Origin: the human T2T-CHM13v2.0 reference genome, Homo sapiens
DNA length: 64,000 nt
Reading direction: 5' to 3' (one strand)
NCBI RefSeq assembly: GCF_009914755.1
Contig: NC_060933.1
A program made the position numbers and the translations under genes. The notes beneath the pieces are model-generated. The model made no database searches. It had not been told where the DNA came from and was given only the letters and a program-made list of their open reading frames with translations. The first letter of the stretch is position 1. Every line of letters begins with the position of its first letter. Of this stretch, positions 42,101 through 57,600 are shown piece by piece.

Positions 42101-45100
42101 ATCCATTCCATTCCGTTCCGTTCCGTTCCGTTCCATTCCATTCCATTCCATTCTATTCGGGTTAATTCCATTCCATTCCATTCGATTGCAATCGAGTTGA
42201 TTCCATTCCATTCTATTCCATTCCATTCCATTCCATTCCATTCCTTTCCATTCCATTCCATTACGGATGATTCCATTCCATTGCATTCCATTCCATTCCA
42301 TTCCCCTGTACTCGGGTTGATTCCATTCCATTCCATTCCAATCCATGCCATTCCACTCGAGTTGATTCCATTCTGTCCATTCCATTCAAGTTGAATCCAT
42401 TCCATTGCATTCCATTCCATTCCATTCCCCTGCAGTCGGGTTGATTCCATTCCATTCCATTCCATTCCATTCCATTCCATTCCATTCCATTCCATTCCAT
42501 TCCGGATGATTCCATTCCATTGCATTCCATTCCATTCCATTCCCCTGCACTCGCGTTGATTCCATTCCATTCCATTCCATTCCATTCCATCCATTCCGTT
42601 CCGTTCCATCCCATTCCATTCCATTCCATTCCATTCCATTCCGTTCCGTTCCATTCCATTCCATTCCATTCCATTCTATTCGGGTTAATTCCATTCCATT
42701 CCATTCGATTGCAATCAAGTTGATTCCATTCCATTCCATTCCATTCCATACCATTCCATTCCTTTCCATTCCATTACGGATGATTCCATTCCATTGCATT
42801 CCATTCCATTCCATTCCCCTGTACTCGGGTTGATTCCATTCCATTCCATTCCAATCCATGCCATTCCACTCGTGTTGATTCCATTCTTTCCATTCCATTC
42901 AAGTTGAATCCATTCCATTGCATTCCATTCCATTCCATTCCCCTGCAGTCGGGTTGATTCCATTCCATTCCATTCCATTCCATTCTATTCCATTCCATTC
43001 CGTTCCGTTCCGTTCCATTCCATTCCATTCCATTCTATTCGGGTTAATTCCATTCCATTCCATTCCATTCCATTCCAATCGAGTTGATTCCATTCCATTC
43101 CATTCCATTCCATTCCACTCCATTCCAGTCCTTTCCATTCCATTCCACTCGGGTTGATTCCAATGTATTCCTTTCCATTCCATTCCATTCCATTGCAATC
43201 GAGTTGATTCCATTGCTTTGCATTCCATTCCATTCCATTCCATTCCGGTTGATTCCATTCCATTGCATTCCATTCCATTCCATTCCCCTGCACTCGGGTT
43301 GTTTCCATTCCATTCCACTCCATTCCGTTCCATTCCATTCCATTCCATTGTATTCGGGTTAATTCCATTCCATTCCATTCCATTCCATTCCATTACAATC
43401 GAGTTGATTCCTTTCCATTCCATTCCATTCCAGTCCTTTCCATTCCATTCCACTCGGGTTGATTCCATTCTATTAGTTTCCATTCCATTCCATTCCCTTC
43501 CATTCCACTCTGGTTGATACCATTCCTTTCCATTCCACTCGAATACATTCCCTCCTATTCCACTCGGAACGATTCCATTCCATTCCATTGCATTCCATTC
43601 CATTATATTCCATTCCATTTCATTCCATTCCATTCTATTCCGTACCATTCCATTCCATCCCATTCCATTCCGTTCCATTCCATGCCATTACACTCGGGTT
43701 GATTCCATTCCATTCCATTCCATTCCATTCCATTCCGGATATTTCCATTCCATTGCATTCCGTTCCATTACATTCCCCTGCACTCGCGTTGATTCCATTC
43801 CATTCCATTCCATTCCATTCCATTCCATTACAATTCGTTCCATTCCATTCTATTCCGTACCATTCCATTCCATTCCATACCATTCCATTCTATTCGGATT
43901 AATTCCATTCCATTCCATTCCATTCCATTCTATTCCATTCCATTGCAATCGAGTTGAATCCATTGCATTTCATTCCATTCCATTCCATTACATTCCATTC
44001 CGGAAGATTCCATTCCATTGCATTCCATTCCATTCCATTCCCCTGGACTCGCGTTGATTCCATTCCATTCCATTCCGTTCCGTTCCATTCCATTCCATTC
44101 CATTCCATTCCATTCCATTCCGTTCCGTTCCATTTCATTCCATTCCATTCTATTCGGGTTAATTCCATTCCATTCCATTCGATTGCAATCGAGTTGATTC
44201 CATTCCATTCCATTGCTTTCCATTCCATTCCATTCCATTCCATTCCATTCCTTTCCATTCCATTATGGATGATTCCATTCCATTGCATTCCATTCCATTC
44301 CATTCCCCTGTACTCGGGTTGATTCCATTCCATTCCATTCCAATCCATGCCATTCCACTCGTGTTGATTCCATTCTTTCCATTCCATTCAAGTTGAATCC
44401 ACTCCATTGCATTCCATTCCATTCGATTCCATTCGATTGCACTCGGGTTGATTCCATTCCATTGCATTCCATTCCATTCCATTCCATTCCGTTCCATTCC
44501 ATTCCATTACATTCGGATTGATTCTATTCAATTCCTTTACACTCCATTACATTCCATTCCATTCGGGTAGTTTCCATTCCATTCCATTCCATTCCTCTCC
44601 ATTCCATTGCACTCGGGTTGATTCCATTCCATTGCATTCCATTCCATTCCATTCAAATCCATTCCGTTCCATTCCATTCCATTACATTCGGATTGATTCT
44701 ATTCAACTCCCTTACTCTCCATTACATTCCATTCCATTCGATTTGTTCCATTCCATTCCATTCCATTCCACTCCATTCCATTGCACTCGGGTTGATTCCA
44801 TTCCATTCCATTCCATTCCATTCCATTCCGGAAGATTCCATTCCATTGCATTCCATTCCATTCCATTCCCCTGCACTCGCTTTGATTCCATTCCATTCCA
44901 TTCTATTCCATTCCATTCCCTTCCTTTCCGTTCCATTCCATTCCATTCCATTCCGTTCCGTTCCATTCCATTCCATTCCATTCTATTCGGGTTAATTCCA
45001 TTCCATTCCATTCGATTGCAATCGAGTTGATTCCATTCCATTCCATTCCATTCCATTCCATTCCATTCCATTCCTTTCCATTCCTTTCCATTCCATTACG

Positions 45101-45259
45101 GATGATTCCATTCCATTGCATTCCATTCCATTCCATTCCCCTATACTCGGGTTGATTCCATTCCATTCCATTCCAATCCATGCCATTCCACTCTTGTTGA
45201 TTCCATTCTTTCCATTCAATTCAAGTTGAATCCATTCCATTGCATTCCATTCCATTCGA

Positions 45260-48200
45260 TTCCATTCGATTGCACTCGGGTTGATTCCATTCCATTGCAT
45301 TCCATTCCATTCCATTCCATTCCATTCCATTCCGTTCCATTCCATTTCATTACATTCAGATTGATTCTATTCAATTCCCTTACACTCCATTATATTCCAA
45401 TCCATTCTGGTTGTCTCCATTCCATTCCATTCCATTTCACTCCATTCCATTGCACTCGGGTTGATTCCATTCCATTCCATTCCATTGCATTCCATTCCAT
45501 TCCATTCCGGATGATTCCATTCCATTGCATTCCATTCCATTCCATTCCCCTGCACTCGGGTTGATTCCATTCCATTCCATTCCATTACATTCCGTTCCAT
45601 TCCATTCCATTCCATTCGGATTGATTCTATTCAATTCCCTTACACTCCATTACATTCCATTCCATTCGGGTAGTTTCCATTCCATTCCATTCCATTCCTC
45701 TCCATTCCATTGCACTCGGTTTGATTCCATTCCATTCCATTCCATTCCATTCCCTTACATTACATTCCATTCCATTCCGTTCCATTGTACTCGGGTTGAT
45801 TCCATTCCATTGCATTCCATTCCATTCCATTCCATTCCATTCCATTCCATTCCATTCCATTCCGTTCCATTCCATTACATTCGGATTGATTCTATTCAAC
45901 TCCCTTACTCTCCATTACATTCCATTCCATTCGGGTTGTTCCATTCCATTCCATTCCATTCCACTCAATTCCATTGCGCTCGGGTTGATTCCATTCCATT
46001 CCATTCCATTCCATTCCATTCCATTCCATTCCATTCCGGATGATTCCATTCCATTGCATTCCGTTCCATTACATTCCCCTGCACTCGGGTTGATTCCATT
46101 CCATTCCATTCCATTCCATTCGATTCCATTCCATTCCAATTCTTTCCATTCCATTCTATTCTGTACCATTCCATTCCATTCCATACAATTCCATTCCATT
46201 CCATTCCACTCCGTTCCGTTCCGTTCCGTTCTGTTCCGTTCCATTCCATTCCATTCCATTCTATTCGGTTTAATTCCATTCCATTCCATTCCATTCCATT
46301 CTATTCCATTCCATTGCAATCGAGTTGAATCCATTGCATTCCATTCCATTCCATTCCATTCCATTCAATTCCGGAAGATTCCATTCCATTGCATTCCATT
46401 CCATTCCATTCCATTCCATTCCATTCCATTCCATTCCATTCCATTCCATTGTACTCGGGTTGATTCCATTCCATTGCATTCCATTCCATTCCATTCCATT
46501 CCATTCCATTCCGTTCCATTCCATTCCATTACATTCGGATTGATTCTTTTCAACTCCCTTACTCTCCATTACATTCCATTCCATTCGGGTTGTTCCATTC
46601 CATTCCTTTCCATTCCACTCCATTCCATTGCACTCGGGTTGATTCCATTCCATTCCATTCCATTCCTTTCCGGATGATTCCATTCCATTGCATTCCGTTC
46701 CATTACGTTCCCCTGCACTCGGGTTGATTCCATTCCATTCCTTTCCATTCCATTCGATTCCATTCCATTCCCCTGCACTCGCGTTGATTCCATTCCATTC
46801 CATTCCTTTCCATTCCATTCCATTCCATTCCTTTCCGTTCCATTCCATTCCACTCCATTCCATTCCGTTCCGTTCCATTCCATTCCATTCCATTCTATTC
46901 GGGTTAATTCCATTCCATTCCATTCGATTGCAATCGAGTTGATTCCATTCCATTCCATTCCATTCCATTCCATTCCATTCCATTCCAGTCCTTTCCATTC
47001 CTTTCCATTCCATTACTGATGATTCCATTCCATTGCATTCCATTCCATTCCATTCCCCGGTACTCGGGTTGATTCCATTCCATTCCATTCCAATCCATGC
47101 CATTCCACTCGTGTTGATTCCATTCTTTCCTTTCCATTCAAGTTGAATCCATTCCATTGTATTCCATTCCATTTGATTCCATTCGATTGCACTCGGGTTG
47201 ATTCCATTCCATTGCATTCCATTCCATTCCATTCCATTCCATTCCATTCCTTTCCATTCCATTTCATTACATTCAGATTGATTCTATTCAATTCCCTTAC
47301 ACTCCATTATATTCCAATCCATTCTGGTTGTCTCCATTCCATTCCATTCCATTTCACTCCATTCCATTGCACTCGGGTTGATTCCATTCCATTCCATTCC
47401 ATTGCATTCCATTCCATTCCATTCCGGATGATTCCATTCCATTGCATTCCATTCCATTCCATTCCCCTGCACTCGGGTTGATTCCATTCCATTCCATTCC
47501 ATTATATTCCGTTCCATTCCATTCCATTCCATTCGGATTTATTCTATTCAATTCCCTTACACTCCATTACATTCCATTCCATTCGGGTAGTTTCCATTCC
47601 ATTCCATTCCATTCCTCTCCATTCCATTGCACTCGGGTTGATTCCATTCCATTCCATTCCATTCCATTCCATTACATTACATTACATTCCATTCCATTCC
47701 GTTCCATTGTACTCGGGTTGATTCCATTCCATTGCATTCCATTCCATTCCATTCCATTCCATTCCATTCCATTCCATTCCGTTCCATTCCATTACATTCG
47801 GATTGATTCTATTCAACTCCCTTACTCTCCATTACATTCCATTCCATTCGGGTTGTTCCATTCCATTCCATTCCATTCCACTCAATTCCATTGCGCTCGG
47901 GTTGATTCCATTCCATTCCATTCCATTCCATTCCATTCCATTCCATTCCGGATGATTCCATTCCATTGCATTCCGTTCCATTACATTCCCCTGCACTCGG
48001 GTTGATTCCATTCCATTCCATTCCATTCCATTCGATTCCATTCCATTCCAATTCTTTCCATTCCATTCTATTCCGTACCATTCCATTCCATTCCATACAA
48101 TTCCATTCCATTCCATTCCACTCCGTTCCGTTCCGTTCCGTTCTGTTCCGTTCCATTCCATTCCATTCCATTCTATTCGGTTTAATTCCATTCCATTCCA

Positions 48201-49118
48201 TTCCATTCCATTCTATTCCATTCCATTGCAATCGAGTTGAATCCATTGCATTCCATTCCATTCCATTCCATTCCATTCAATTCCGGAAGATTCCATTCCA
48301 TTGCATTCCATTCCATTCCATTCCATTCCATTCCATTCCATTCCATTCCATTCCATTCCATTGTACTCGGGTTGATTCCATTCCATTGCATTCCATTCCA
48401 TTCCATTCCATTCCATTCCATTCCGTTCCATTCCATTCCATTACATTCGGATTGATTCTTTTCAACTCCCTTACTCTCCATTACATTCCATTCCATTCGG
48501 GTTGTTCCATTCCATTCCTTTCCATTCCACTCCATTCCATTGCACTCGGGTTGATTCCATTCCATTCCATTCCATTCCTTTCCGGATGATTCCATTCCAT
48601 TGCATTCCGTTCCATTACGTTCCCCTGCACTCGGGTTGATTCCATTCCATTCCTTTCCATTCCATTCGATTCCATTCCATTCCCCTGCACTCGCGTTGAT
48701 TCCATTCCATTCCATTCCTTTCCATTCCATTCCATTCCATTCCTTTCCGTTCCATTCCATTCCACTCCATTCCATTCCGTTCCGTTCCATTCCATTCCAT
48801 TCCATTCTATTCGGGTTAATTCCATTCCATTCCATTCGATTGCAATCGAGTTGATTCCATTCCATTCCATTCCATTCCATTCCATTCCATTCCATTCCAG
48901 TCCTTTCCATTCCTTTCCATTCCATTACTGATGATTCCATTCCATTGCATTCCATTCCATTCCATTCCCCGGTACTCGGGTTGATTCCATTCCATTCCAT
49001 TCCAATCCATGCCATTCCACTCGTGTTGATTCCATTCTTTCCTTTCCATTCAAGTTGAATCCATTCCATTGTATTCCATTCCATTTGATTCCATTCGATT
49101 GCACTCGGGTTGATTCCA
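45260..49118 (+). repeat. Near-identical head-to-tail tandem duplication, unit ~1.91 kb (~45260-47176 and ~47177-49118)
   Basis: Private variants at offsets 1917/1912: ATTCAGATTG, TATATTCCAATCCATTCTGGTTGTCTCC (45391/47308), TTGCGCTCGG (45974/47891), ATTACGTTCCCC, CCCCGGTACTC (47055/48967). ORF pairs 46301..46519/48213..48431 and 46904..47137/48816..49049 are identical. Confidence 0.95.
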
Positions 49119-52100
49119 TTACAATGCATTCCATTCCATTCCATTCCATTCCATTCCATTCCCTTCCATTCCACTCTGGTTGATTCCATTCCTTTCCATT
49201 CCACTCGAATACATTCCCTCCTATTCCACTCGGAACGATTCCATTCCATTCCATTCCATTCCATTCCATTCCATTCCATTCCTTTCCATTCCATTACGGA
49301 TGATTCCATTCCATTGCATTCCATTCCATTCCATTCCCCTATACTCGGGTTGATTCCATTCCATTCCATTCCAATCCATGCCATTCCACTCTTGTTGATT
49401 CCATTCTTTCCATTCAATTCAAGTTGAATCCATTCCATTGCATTCCATTCCATTCGATTCCATTCGGTTGCACTCGGGTTGATTCCATTCCATTTCATTC
49501 CATTCCATTCCATTCAATTCCATTCCGTTCCATTCCATTCCATTACATTTGGATTGATTCTATTCAACTCCCTTACTCTCCATTACATTCCATTCCATTC
49601 GGGTTGTTCCATTCCATTCCATTCCATTCCACTCCATTCCATTGCACTCGGGTTTATTCCATTCCATTCCATTCCATTCCATTCCAATCCATTCCATTCC
49701 ATTCCATTCTATTTGGGTTAATTCCGTTCCATTCCATTCGATTGCAATCGAGTTGATTCCATTCCATTCTATTCCATTCCATTCCATTCCATTCCATTCC
49801 TTTCCATTCCATTCCATTACGGATGATTCCATTCCATTGCATTCCATTCAATTCCATTCCCCTGTACTTGGGTTGATTCCATTGCATTCCATTCCAATCC
49901 ATGCCATTCCACTCGTGTTGATTCCATTCTTTCCATTCCATTCAAGTTGAATCCATTCCATTGCATTCCATTCCATTCCATTCCCCTGCAGTCGGGTTGA
50001 TTCCATTCCATTCCATTCCATTCCATTCCATTCCATTCCGTTCCGTTCCATTACATTCCATTCCATTCTATTCGGGTTAATTCCATTCCATTCCATTCCA
50101 TTCCATTCCAATCGAGTTGATTCCATTCCATTCAATTCCATTCCATTCCACTCCATTCCAGTCCTTTCCATTCCATTCCACTCGGGTTGATTCCAATGTA
50201 TTCCTTTCCATTCCATTCCATTCCATTGCAATCGAGTTGATTCCATTGCTTTGCATTCCATTCCATTCCATTCCATTCCGGATGATTCCATTCCATTGCA
50301 TTCCATTCCATTCCATTCCCCTGCACTCGGGTTGATTCCATTCCATTCCACTCCATTCCGTTCCATTCCATTCCATTCCATTGTATTCGGGTTAATTCCA
50401 TTCCATTCCATTCCATTCCATTCCATTACAATCGAGTTGATTCCATTCCATTCCATTCCATTCCAGTCCTTTCCATTCCATTCCACTCGGGTTGATTCCA
50501 TTCTATTAGTTTCCATTCCATTCCATTCCCTTCCATTCCACTCTGGTTGATACCATTCCTTTCCATTCCACTCGAATACATTCCCTCCTATTCCACTCGG
50601 AACGATTCCATTCCATTCCATTCCATTCCATTCCATTTCGTTCCATTCCATTCTATTCCGTATCATTCCATTCCATTCCATTCCATTCCATTCCATTCCA
50701 TTCCATTCCATTCCATTGTACTCAGGTTGATTCAATTCCATTGCATTCCATTCCATTCCATTCCATTCCATTCCATTCCATTCCATTCCGTTCTATTCCA
50801 TTCCATTACATTCGGATTGATTCTATTCAACTCCCTTACTCTCCATTACATTCCATTCCATTCGGGTTGTTCCATTCCATTCCATTCCATTCCACTCCAT
50901 TCCATTGCACTCGGGTTGATTCCATTCCATTCCATTCTATTCCATTCCATTCCATTCCATTCCATTCCGGATGATTCCATTCCATTGCATTCCGTTCCAT
51001 TACATTCCCCTGCACTCGCGTTGATTCCATTCCATTCCATTCAATTCCATTCCATTATAATTCGTTCCATTCCATTCTATTCCGTACCATTCCATTCCAT
51101 TCCATACCATTCCATTCCATTCCATTCCATTCCATTCCGTTCCATTCCGTTCCATTCCATTCCATTCCATTCTATTCGGATTAATTCCATTCCATTCCAT
51201 TCCATTCCATTCTATTCCATTCCATTGCAATCGAGTTGAATCCATTGCATTTCATTCCATTCCATTCCATTCCATTCCATTCCGGAAGATTCCATTCCAT
51301 TGCATTCCATTCCATTCCATTCCCCTGCACTCGCGTTGATTGCATTCCATTCCATTCCATTCCATTCCATTCCATTCCGTTCCGTTCCATTCCATTCCAT
51401 TCCATTCCATTCCATTCCGTTCCGTTCCATTCCATTCCATTCCATTCTATTCGGGTTAATTCCATTCCATTCCATTCGATTGCAATCGAGTTGATTCCAT
51501 TCATTCTATTCCATTCCATTCCATTCCATTCCATTCCTTTCCATTCCATTACGGATGATTCCATTCCATTGCATTCCATTCCATTCCATTCCCCTGTACT
51601 CGGGTTGATTCCATTCCAATCCATGCCATTCCACTCGTGTTTATTCCATTCTTTCCATTCCATTCAAGTTGAATCCATTCCATTGCATTCCATTCCATTC
51701 CATTTCCCTGCATTCGGGTTGATTCCATTCCATTCCATTCCATTCCATTCCACTCCATTCCATTCCGTTCCGTTCCGTTCCATTCCATTCCATTCCATTC
51801 TATTCGGGTTAATTCCATTCCATTCCATTCCATTCCATTCCAATCGAGTTGATTCCATTCCATTCCATTCCATTCCATTCCACTCCATTCCAGTCCTTTC
51901 CATTCCATTCCACTCGGGTTGATTCCAATGTATTCCCTTCCATTCCATTCCATTACATTGTAATCGAGTTGATTACATTGCTTTGCATTCCATTCCATTC
52001 CATTCCATTCCGGATGATTCCATTCCATTGCATTCCATTCCATTCCATTCCCCTGCACTCGGGTTTATTCCATTCCATTCCACTCCATTCCGTTCCGTTC

Positions 52101-54649
52101 CATTCCATTCCATTGTATTCGGGTTAATTCCATTCCATTCCATTCCATTCCATTCCATTCCATTCCATTCCATTCAATTACAATCGAGTTGATTCCATTC
52201 CATTCCATTCCATTCCAGTCCTTTCCATTCCATTCCACTCGGGTTGATTCCATTCTATTAGTTTCCATTCCATTCCATTCCCTTCCATTCCACTCTGGTT
52301 GATACCATTCCTTTCCATTCCACTCGAATACATTCCCTCCTATTCCACTCGGAACGATTCCATTCCATTCCATTGCATTCCATTCCATTATATTCCATTC
52401 CATTTCGTTCCATTCCATTCTATTCCGTATCATTCCATTCCATTCCATTCCATTCCATTCCATTCCAATCCATTCCATTCCATTCCTTTCCGTTCCATTC
52501 CTTTCCATTCCATTCCATTCCAATACATTCCATTCCGTTCCGTTCCGTTCCATTCCATTCCATTCCATTCTATTCGGGTTAATTCCATTCCATTCCATTC
52601 GATTGCAATCGAGTTGATTCCATTCCATTCCATTCCATTCCATTCCATTCCATTCCATTCGTTTCCATTCCATTACGGATGATTAAATTCCATTGCATTC
52701 CATTCCATTCCATTCCCCTGTACTCGGGTTGATTCCATTCCATTCCATTCCAATCCATGCCATTCCACTCGTGTTGATTCCATTCTTTCCATTCCATTCA
52801 AGTTGAATCCATTCCATTGCATTCCATTCCATTCCATTCCCCTGCAGTCGGGTTGTTTCCATTCCATTCCATTCCATTCCATTCCATTCCGTTCCATTCC
52901 GTTCCGTTCCATTCCATTCCATTCCATTCTATTCGGATTAATTCCATTCAATTCCATTCCATTCCATTCCATTCCATTCCAATCGAGTTGATTCCATTCC
53001 ATTCCATTCCATTCCATTCCACTCCATTCCAGTCCTTTCCATTCCATTCCACTCGGGTTGATTCCAATGTATTCCTTTCCATTCCATTCCATTCCATTGC
53101 AATCGAGTTGATTCCATTGCTTTGCATTCCATTCCATTCCATTCCATTCCGGATGATTCCATTCCATTGCATTCCATTCCATTCCATTCCCCTGCACTCG
53201 GGTTGATTCCATTCCATTCCACTCCATTCCGTTCCATTCCATTCCATTGCATTGTATTCGGGTTAATTCCATTCCATTCCATTCCATTCCATTCCATTCC
53301 ATTCCATTCCATTACAGTCGAGTTGATTCCATTCCATTCCATTCCATTCCAGTCCTTTCCATTCCATTCCTCTCGGGTTGATTCCATTCTATTAGTTTCC
53401 ATTCCATTCCATTCCCTTCCATTCCACTCAGGTTTTTTCCATTCCTTTCCATTCCACTCGAATACATTCCCTCCTATTCCACTCAGAACGATTCCATTCC
53501 ATTCCATTCCATTCCATTCCATTTCATTCCATTCCATTCTATTCCGTATCATTCCATTCCATTCCATTCCATTCCATTCCATTCCATTCCATTCCATTCC
53601 ATTGTACTCTGGTTGATTCAATTCCATTGCATTCCATTCCATTCCATTCCATTCCGTTGCATTCCATTCCATTACATTCGGATTGATTCTATTCAACTCC
53701 CTTACTCTCCATTCCATTCCATTTCATTCGGGTTGTTCCATTCCATTCCATTCCATTCCACTCCATTCCATTGCACTCGGGTTGATTCCATTCCATTCCA
53801 TTCCATTCCATTCCATTCCATTCCATTCCGGATGATTCCATTCCATTGCATTCCGTTCCATTACATTCCCCTGCACTCGCGTTGATCCCATTCCATTCCA
53901 TTCCATTCCATTCAATTCCATTCCATTACAATTCGTTCCATTCCATTCTATTCCGTACCATTCCATTCCATTCCATACCATTCCATTCCATTCCATTCCA
54001 TTCCATTCCGTTCCATTCCGTTCCATTCCATTCCATTCTATTCGAATTAATTCCATTCAATTCCATTCCATTCCATTCTATTCCATTCCATTGCAATCGA
54101 GTTGAATCCATTGCATTTCATTCCATTCCATTCCATTCCATTCCATTCCGGAAGATTCCATTCCATTGCATTCCATTCCATTCCATTCCCCTGCACTCGC
54201 GTTGATTCCATTCCATTCCATTCCATTCCATTCCATTCCGTTCCGTTCCATTCCATTCCATTCCATTCCATTCCATTCCATTCCATTCCGTTCCGTTCCA
54301 TTCCATTCCATTCCATTCTATTCGGGTTAATTCCATTCCATTCTATTCGATTGCAATCGAGTTGATTCCATTCCATTCCATTCCATTCCATTCCATTCCA
54401 TTCCATTCCATTCCTTTCCATTCCATTCCGGATGATGCCATTCCATTGCATTCCATACCATTCCATTCCCCTATACTCGTTTTGATTCCATTCCATTCCA
54501 TTCCAATCCATGCCATTCCACTCGTGTTGATTCCATTCTTTCCATTCCATTCAAGTTGAATCCATTCGATTGCATTCCATTCCATTCGATTCCATTCCAT
54601 TGCACTCGGGTTGATTCCATTCCATTCCATTCCATTGCATTCCATTCCA

Positions 54650-57600
54650 TTCCATTCCGGATGATTCCATTCCATTCCATTCCATTCCATTCCATTCCCC
54701 TGCAGTCGGGTTGATTCCATTCCATTCCATTCCATTCCATTCCATTCCGTTCCATTCCATTCCATTCCATTCTATTCGGGTTAATTCCATTCCATTCCAT
54801 TCCATTCCATTCCATTCCATTCCATTCCATTCCAATCGAGTTGATTCCATTCCATTCCATTCCACTCCATTCCAGTCCTTTCCATTCCATTACACTCGGG
54901 TTGATTCCATTCTATTCCTTTCCATTCCATTCCATTCCATTGCAATCGAGTTGATTCCATTGCTTTGCATTCCATTCCATTCCATTCCATTCCGGATGAT
55001 TCCATTCCATTGCATTCCATTCCATTCCATTCCCCTGCACTCGGGTTGATTCCATTCCATTCCACTTCATTCTGTTCCATTCCATTCCATTCCATTGTAT
55101 TCGGGTTAATTCCATTCCATTCCATTCCATTCCATTCCATTACTCGAGTTGATTCCATTCCATTCCATTCCATTCCATTCCATTCCATTCCAGTCCTTTC
55201 CATTCCATTCCACTCGGGTTGATTCCATTCTATTAGTTTCCATTCCATTCCATTCCCTTCCATTCCACTCTGGTTGATTCCATTCTTTTCCATTCCACTC
55301 GAATACATTCCCTCCTATTCCACTCGGAACGATTCCATTCCATTCCATTCCATTCCATTCCATTCCATTCCAGTTCGTTCCATTCCATTCTATTCCGTAC
55401 CATTCCATTCCATTCCATTCCTTTCCATTCCATTCCTTTCCACTCGTGTTGTTTCCATTCCTTTCCATTCCATTCGGTTTGAAGGCATTCCATTCCATTC
55501 AATTCCATTCCATTCCATTCAATTCCATTCCATTCTATTCCATTCCATTGCAATCGAGTTGAATCCATTCCCTTTCATTCCATTCCATTCCATTCCATTC
55601 CATTCCGGAAGATTCCATTCCATTACATTCCATTCCATTCCATTCCCCTGCACTCGCGTTGATTCCATTCCATTCCATTCCATTCCATTCCGTTCCGTTC
55701 CATTCCATTCCATTCCATTCCATTCCATTCCATTCCATTCCATTCCATTCCATTCCGTTCCGTTCCATTGCATTCCATTCCATTCTATTCGGGTTAATTC
55801 CATTCCATTCCATTCGATTGCCATCGAGTTGATTCCATTCAATTCCATTCCATTCTATTCGGGTTAATTTCATTCCATTCCATTCGATTGCCATCGAGTT
55901 GATCCCATTCCATTCCATTCCATTCCATTCCATTCCATTCCTTTCCATTCCGTTACGGATGACTCCATTCCATTGCTTTCCATTCCTTTCCATTCCCCTG
56001 TACTCGGGTTGATTCCATTCCATTCCATTCCACTCCATTCGGTTCCGTTGCATTCCATTCTATTGCATTCCATTCTATTCGGGTTAATTCCATTCCATTC
56101 TATTCCATTCCATTCCATTCCATTCCATTGCAATGGAGTTTATTCCATTCCATTCCATTCCATTCCGGATGATTCCCTTCCATTGCATTCCATTCCATTC
56201 CATTCCCCTACACTCGTGTTGATTCCATTCCCTTCCATTCCATTCCATTCCGTTCCATTCCATTCCATTCCATTCTATTCCGGTTAATTCCATTCCATTC
56301 CATTCCATGCCATTCCATTCCATTCCATTGCAATCGAGTTGATTCCATTCCATTCCTTTCCATTCCATTCCATTGCCTTGCATTCCACTCGGGTTGATTC
56401 CATTCCCTTCTTTCCACTCCATTACATTCCCTTCCATTCCACTCGGAATGATTGATTCCATTCCATTCCATTCCATTTCATTCCATTGCAATCCATTCCA
56501 ATCCATTCCATTCCATTCCATTCCACTCGAGTTGACTTCATTCCATTCCTTTCCATTCCATTCCATTCCTTTCCACTCTAGTTGATTCCACTCCATTCCA
56601 ATCCATTGCAATCCATTCCATGCCATTCCACTCGGGTTGATTCCATTCCTTTGCATTCCATTCCATTCCATTCCATTGCATTCCATTCCATTCCATTCCG
56701 TTGCATTCCATTCCATTACATTCGGATTGATTCTATTCAACTCCCTTACTGTCCATTACATTCCATTCCATTCGGGTTGTTCCATTCGATTCCATTCCAT
56801 TCCATTCCACTCCATTCCATTGCACTCGGGTTGATTCCATTCCATTCCATTCAATTCCATTCCATTCCGGATGATTCCATTCCATTGCATTCCGTTCCAT
56901 TACATTCCCCTGCACTCGGGTTGATACCATTCCATTCCTTTCCATTCCATTCCATTCCATTCGATTCCATTCCGGATGATTCCATTCCATTGCATTCCAT
57001 TGCATTCCATTCCCCTGCACTCGGGTTGATTACATTCCATTTCCTTCCCTTCCATTCCTTTCCATTCCATTCCATTCCATTCTATTCGGGTGAATTCCAT
57101 TCCATTCCATTCCATTCCATTCCATTCCATTCCATTCCATTGCAATCGAGTTGATTCCATTCCATTCCATTCCATTCCGTTCCGGATGATTCCATTCCAT
57201 TCCATTCCATTCCATTCCATTCCCCTGCAGTCGGGTTGATTCCATTCCATTCCATTCTATTCCATTCTATTCCATTCCATTCCGTTCCATTCCATTCCAT
57301 TCCATTCTATTCGGGTTAATTCCATTCCATTCCATTCCATTCCATTCCATTCCATTCCATTCCAATCGAGTTGATTCCATTCCATTCCATTCCATTCCAT
57401 TCCATTCCACTCCATTCCAGTCGTTTCCATTCCATTACACTCGGGTTGATTCCATTCTATTCCTTTCCATTCCATTCCATTCCGTTGCAATCGAGTTGAT
57501 TCCATTGCTTTGCATTCCATTCCATTCCATTCCATTCCGGATGATTCCATTCCATTGCATTCCATTCCATTCCATTCCCCTGCACTCGGGTTGATTCCAT

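Noticed and set aside
40654-44760. 3608-bp offset as evidence for the Y-chromosome DYZ1 (~3.56 kb) repeat
   Set aside because: The offset holds only for one ~0.7 kb segment pair and does not recur. GAATTC sites (~5065, 9086, 12702, 16664, 21300, 25736, 57092, 63545) are irregularly spaced, and I saw no periodic GGCC site.
45260-49118. ~1.9 kb doublet as the chromosome 15 D15Z1 1.8 kb KpnI repeat
   Set aside because: There are only two copies, the length is different, and I saw no GGTACC (nearest are CGTACC and GGTACT). Subfamily or chromosome assignment needs a k-mer comparison with the HSat3A/B subfamily sets.
48182-49513. Longest ORF (443 aa, - strand) and all other (MEWNG)n / (IPFHS)n ORFs as protein-coding genes
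   Set aside because: A 5-bp repeat translates to the same pentapeptide in all three frames, has no stop codon, and supplies ATG every 5 nt on the - strand. ORFs overlap in all six frames, and their ends track satellite variants. I saw no domain, codon structure or gene context. Repeat-derived translation cannot be excluded but has no support in the sequence.
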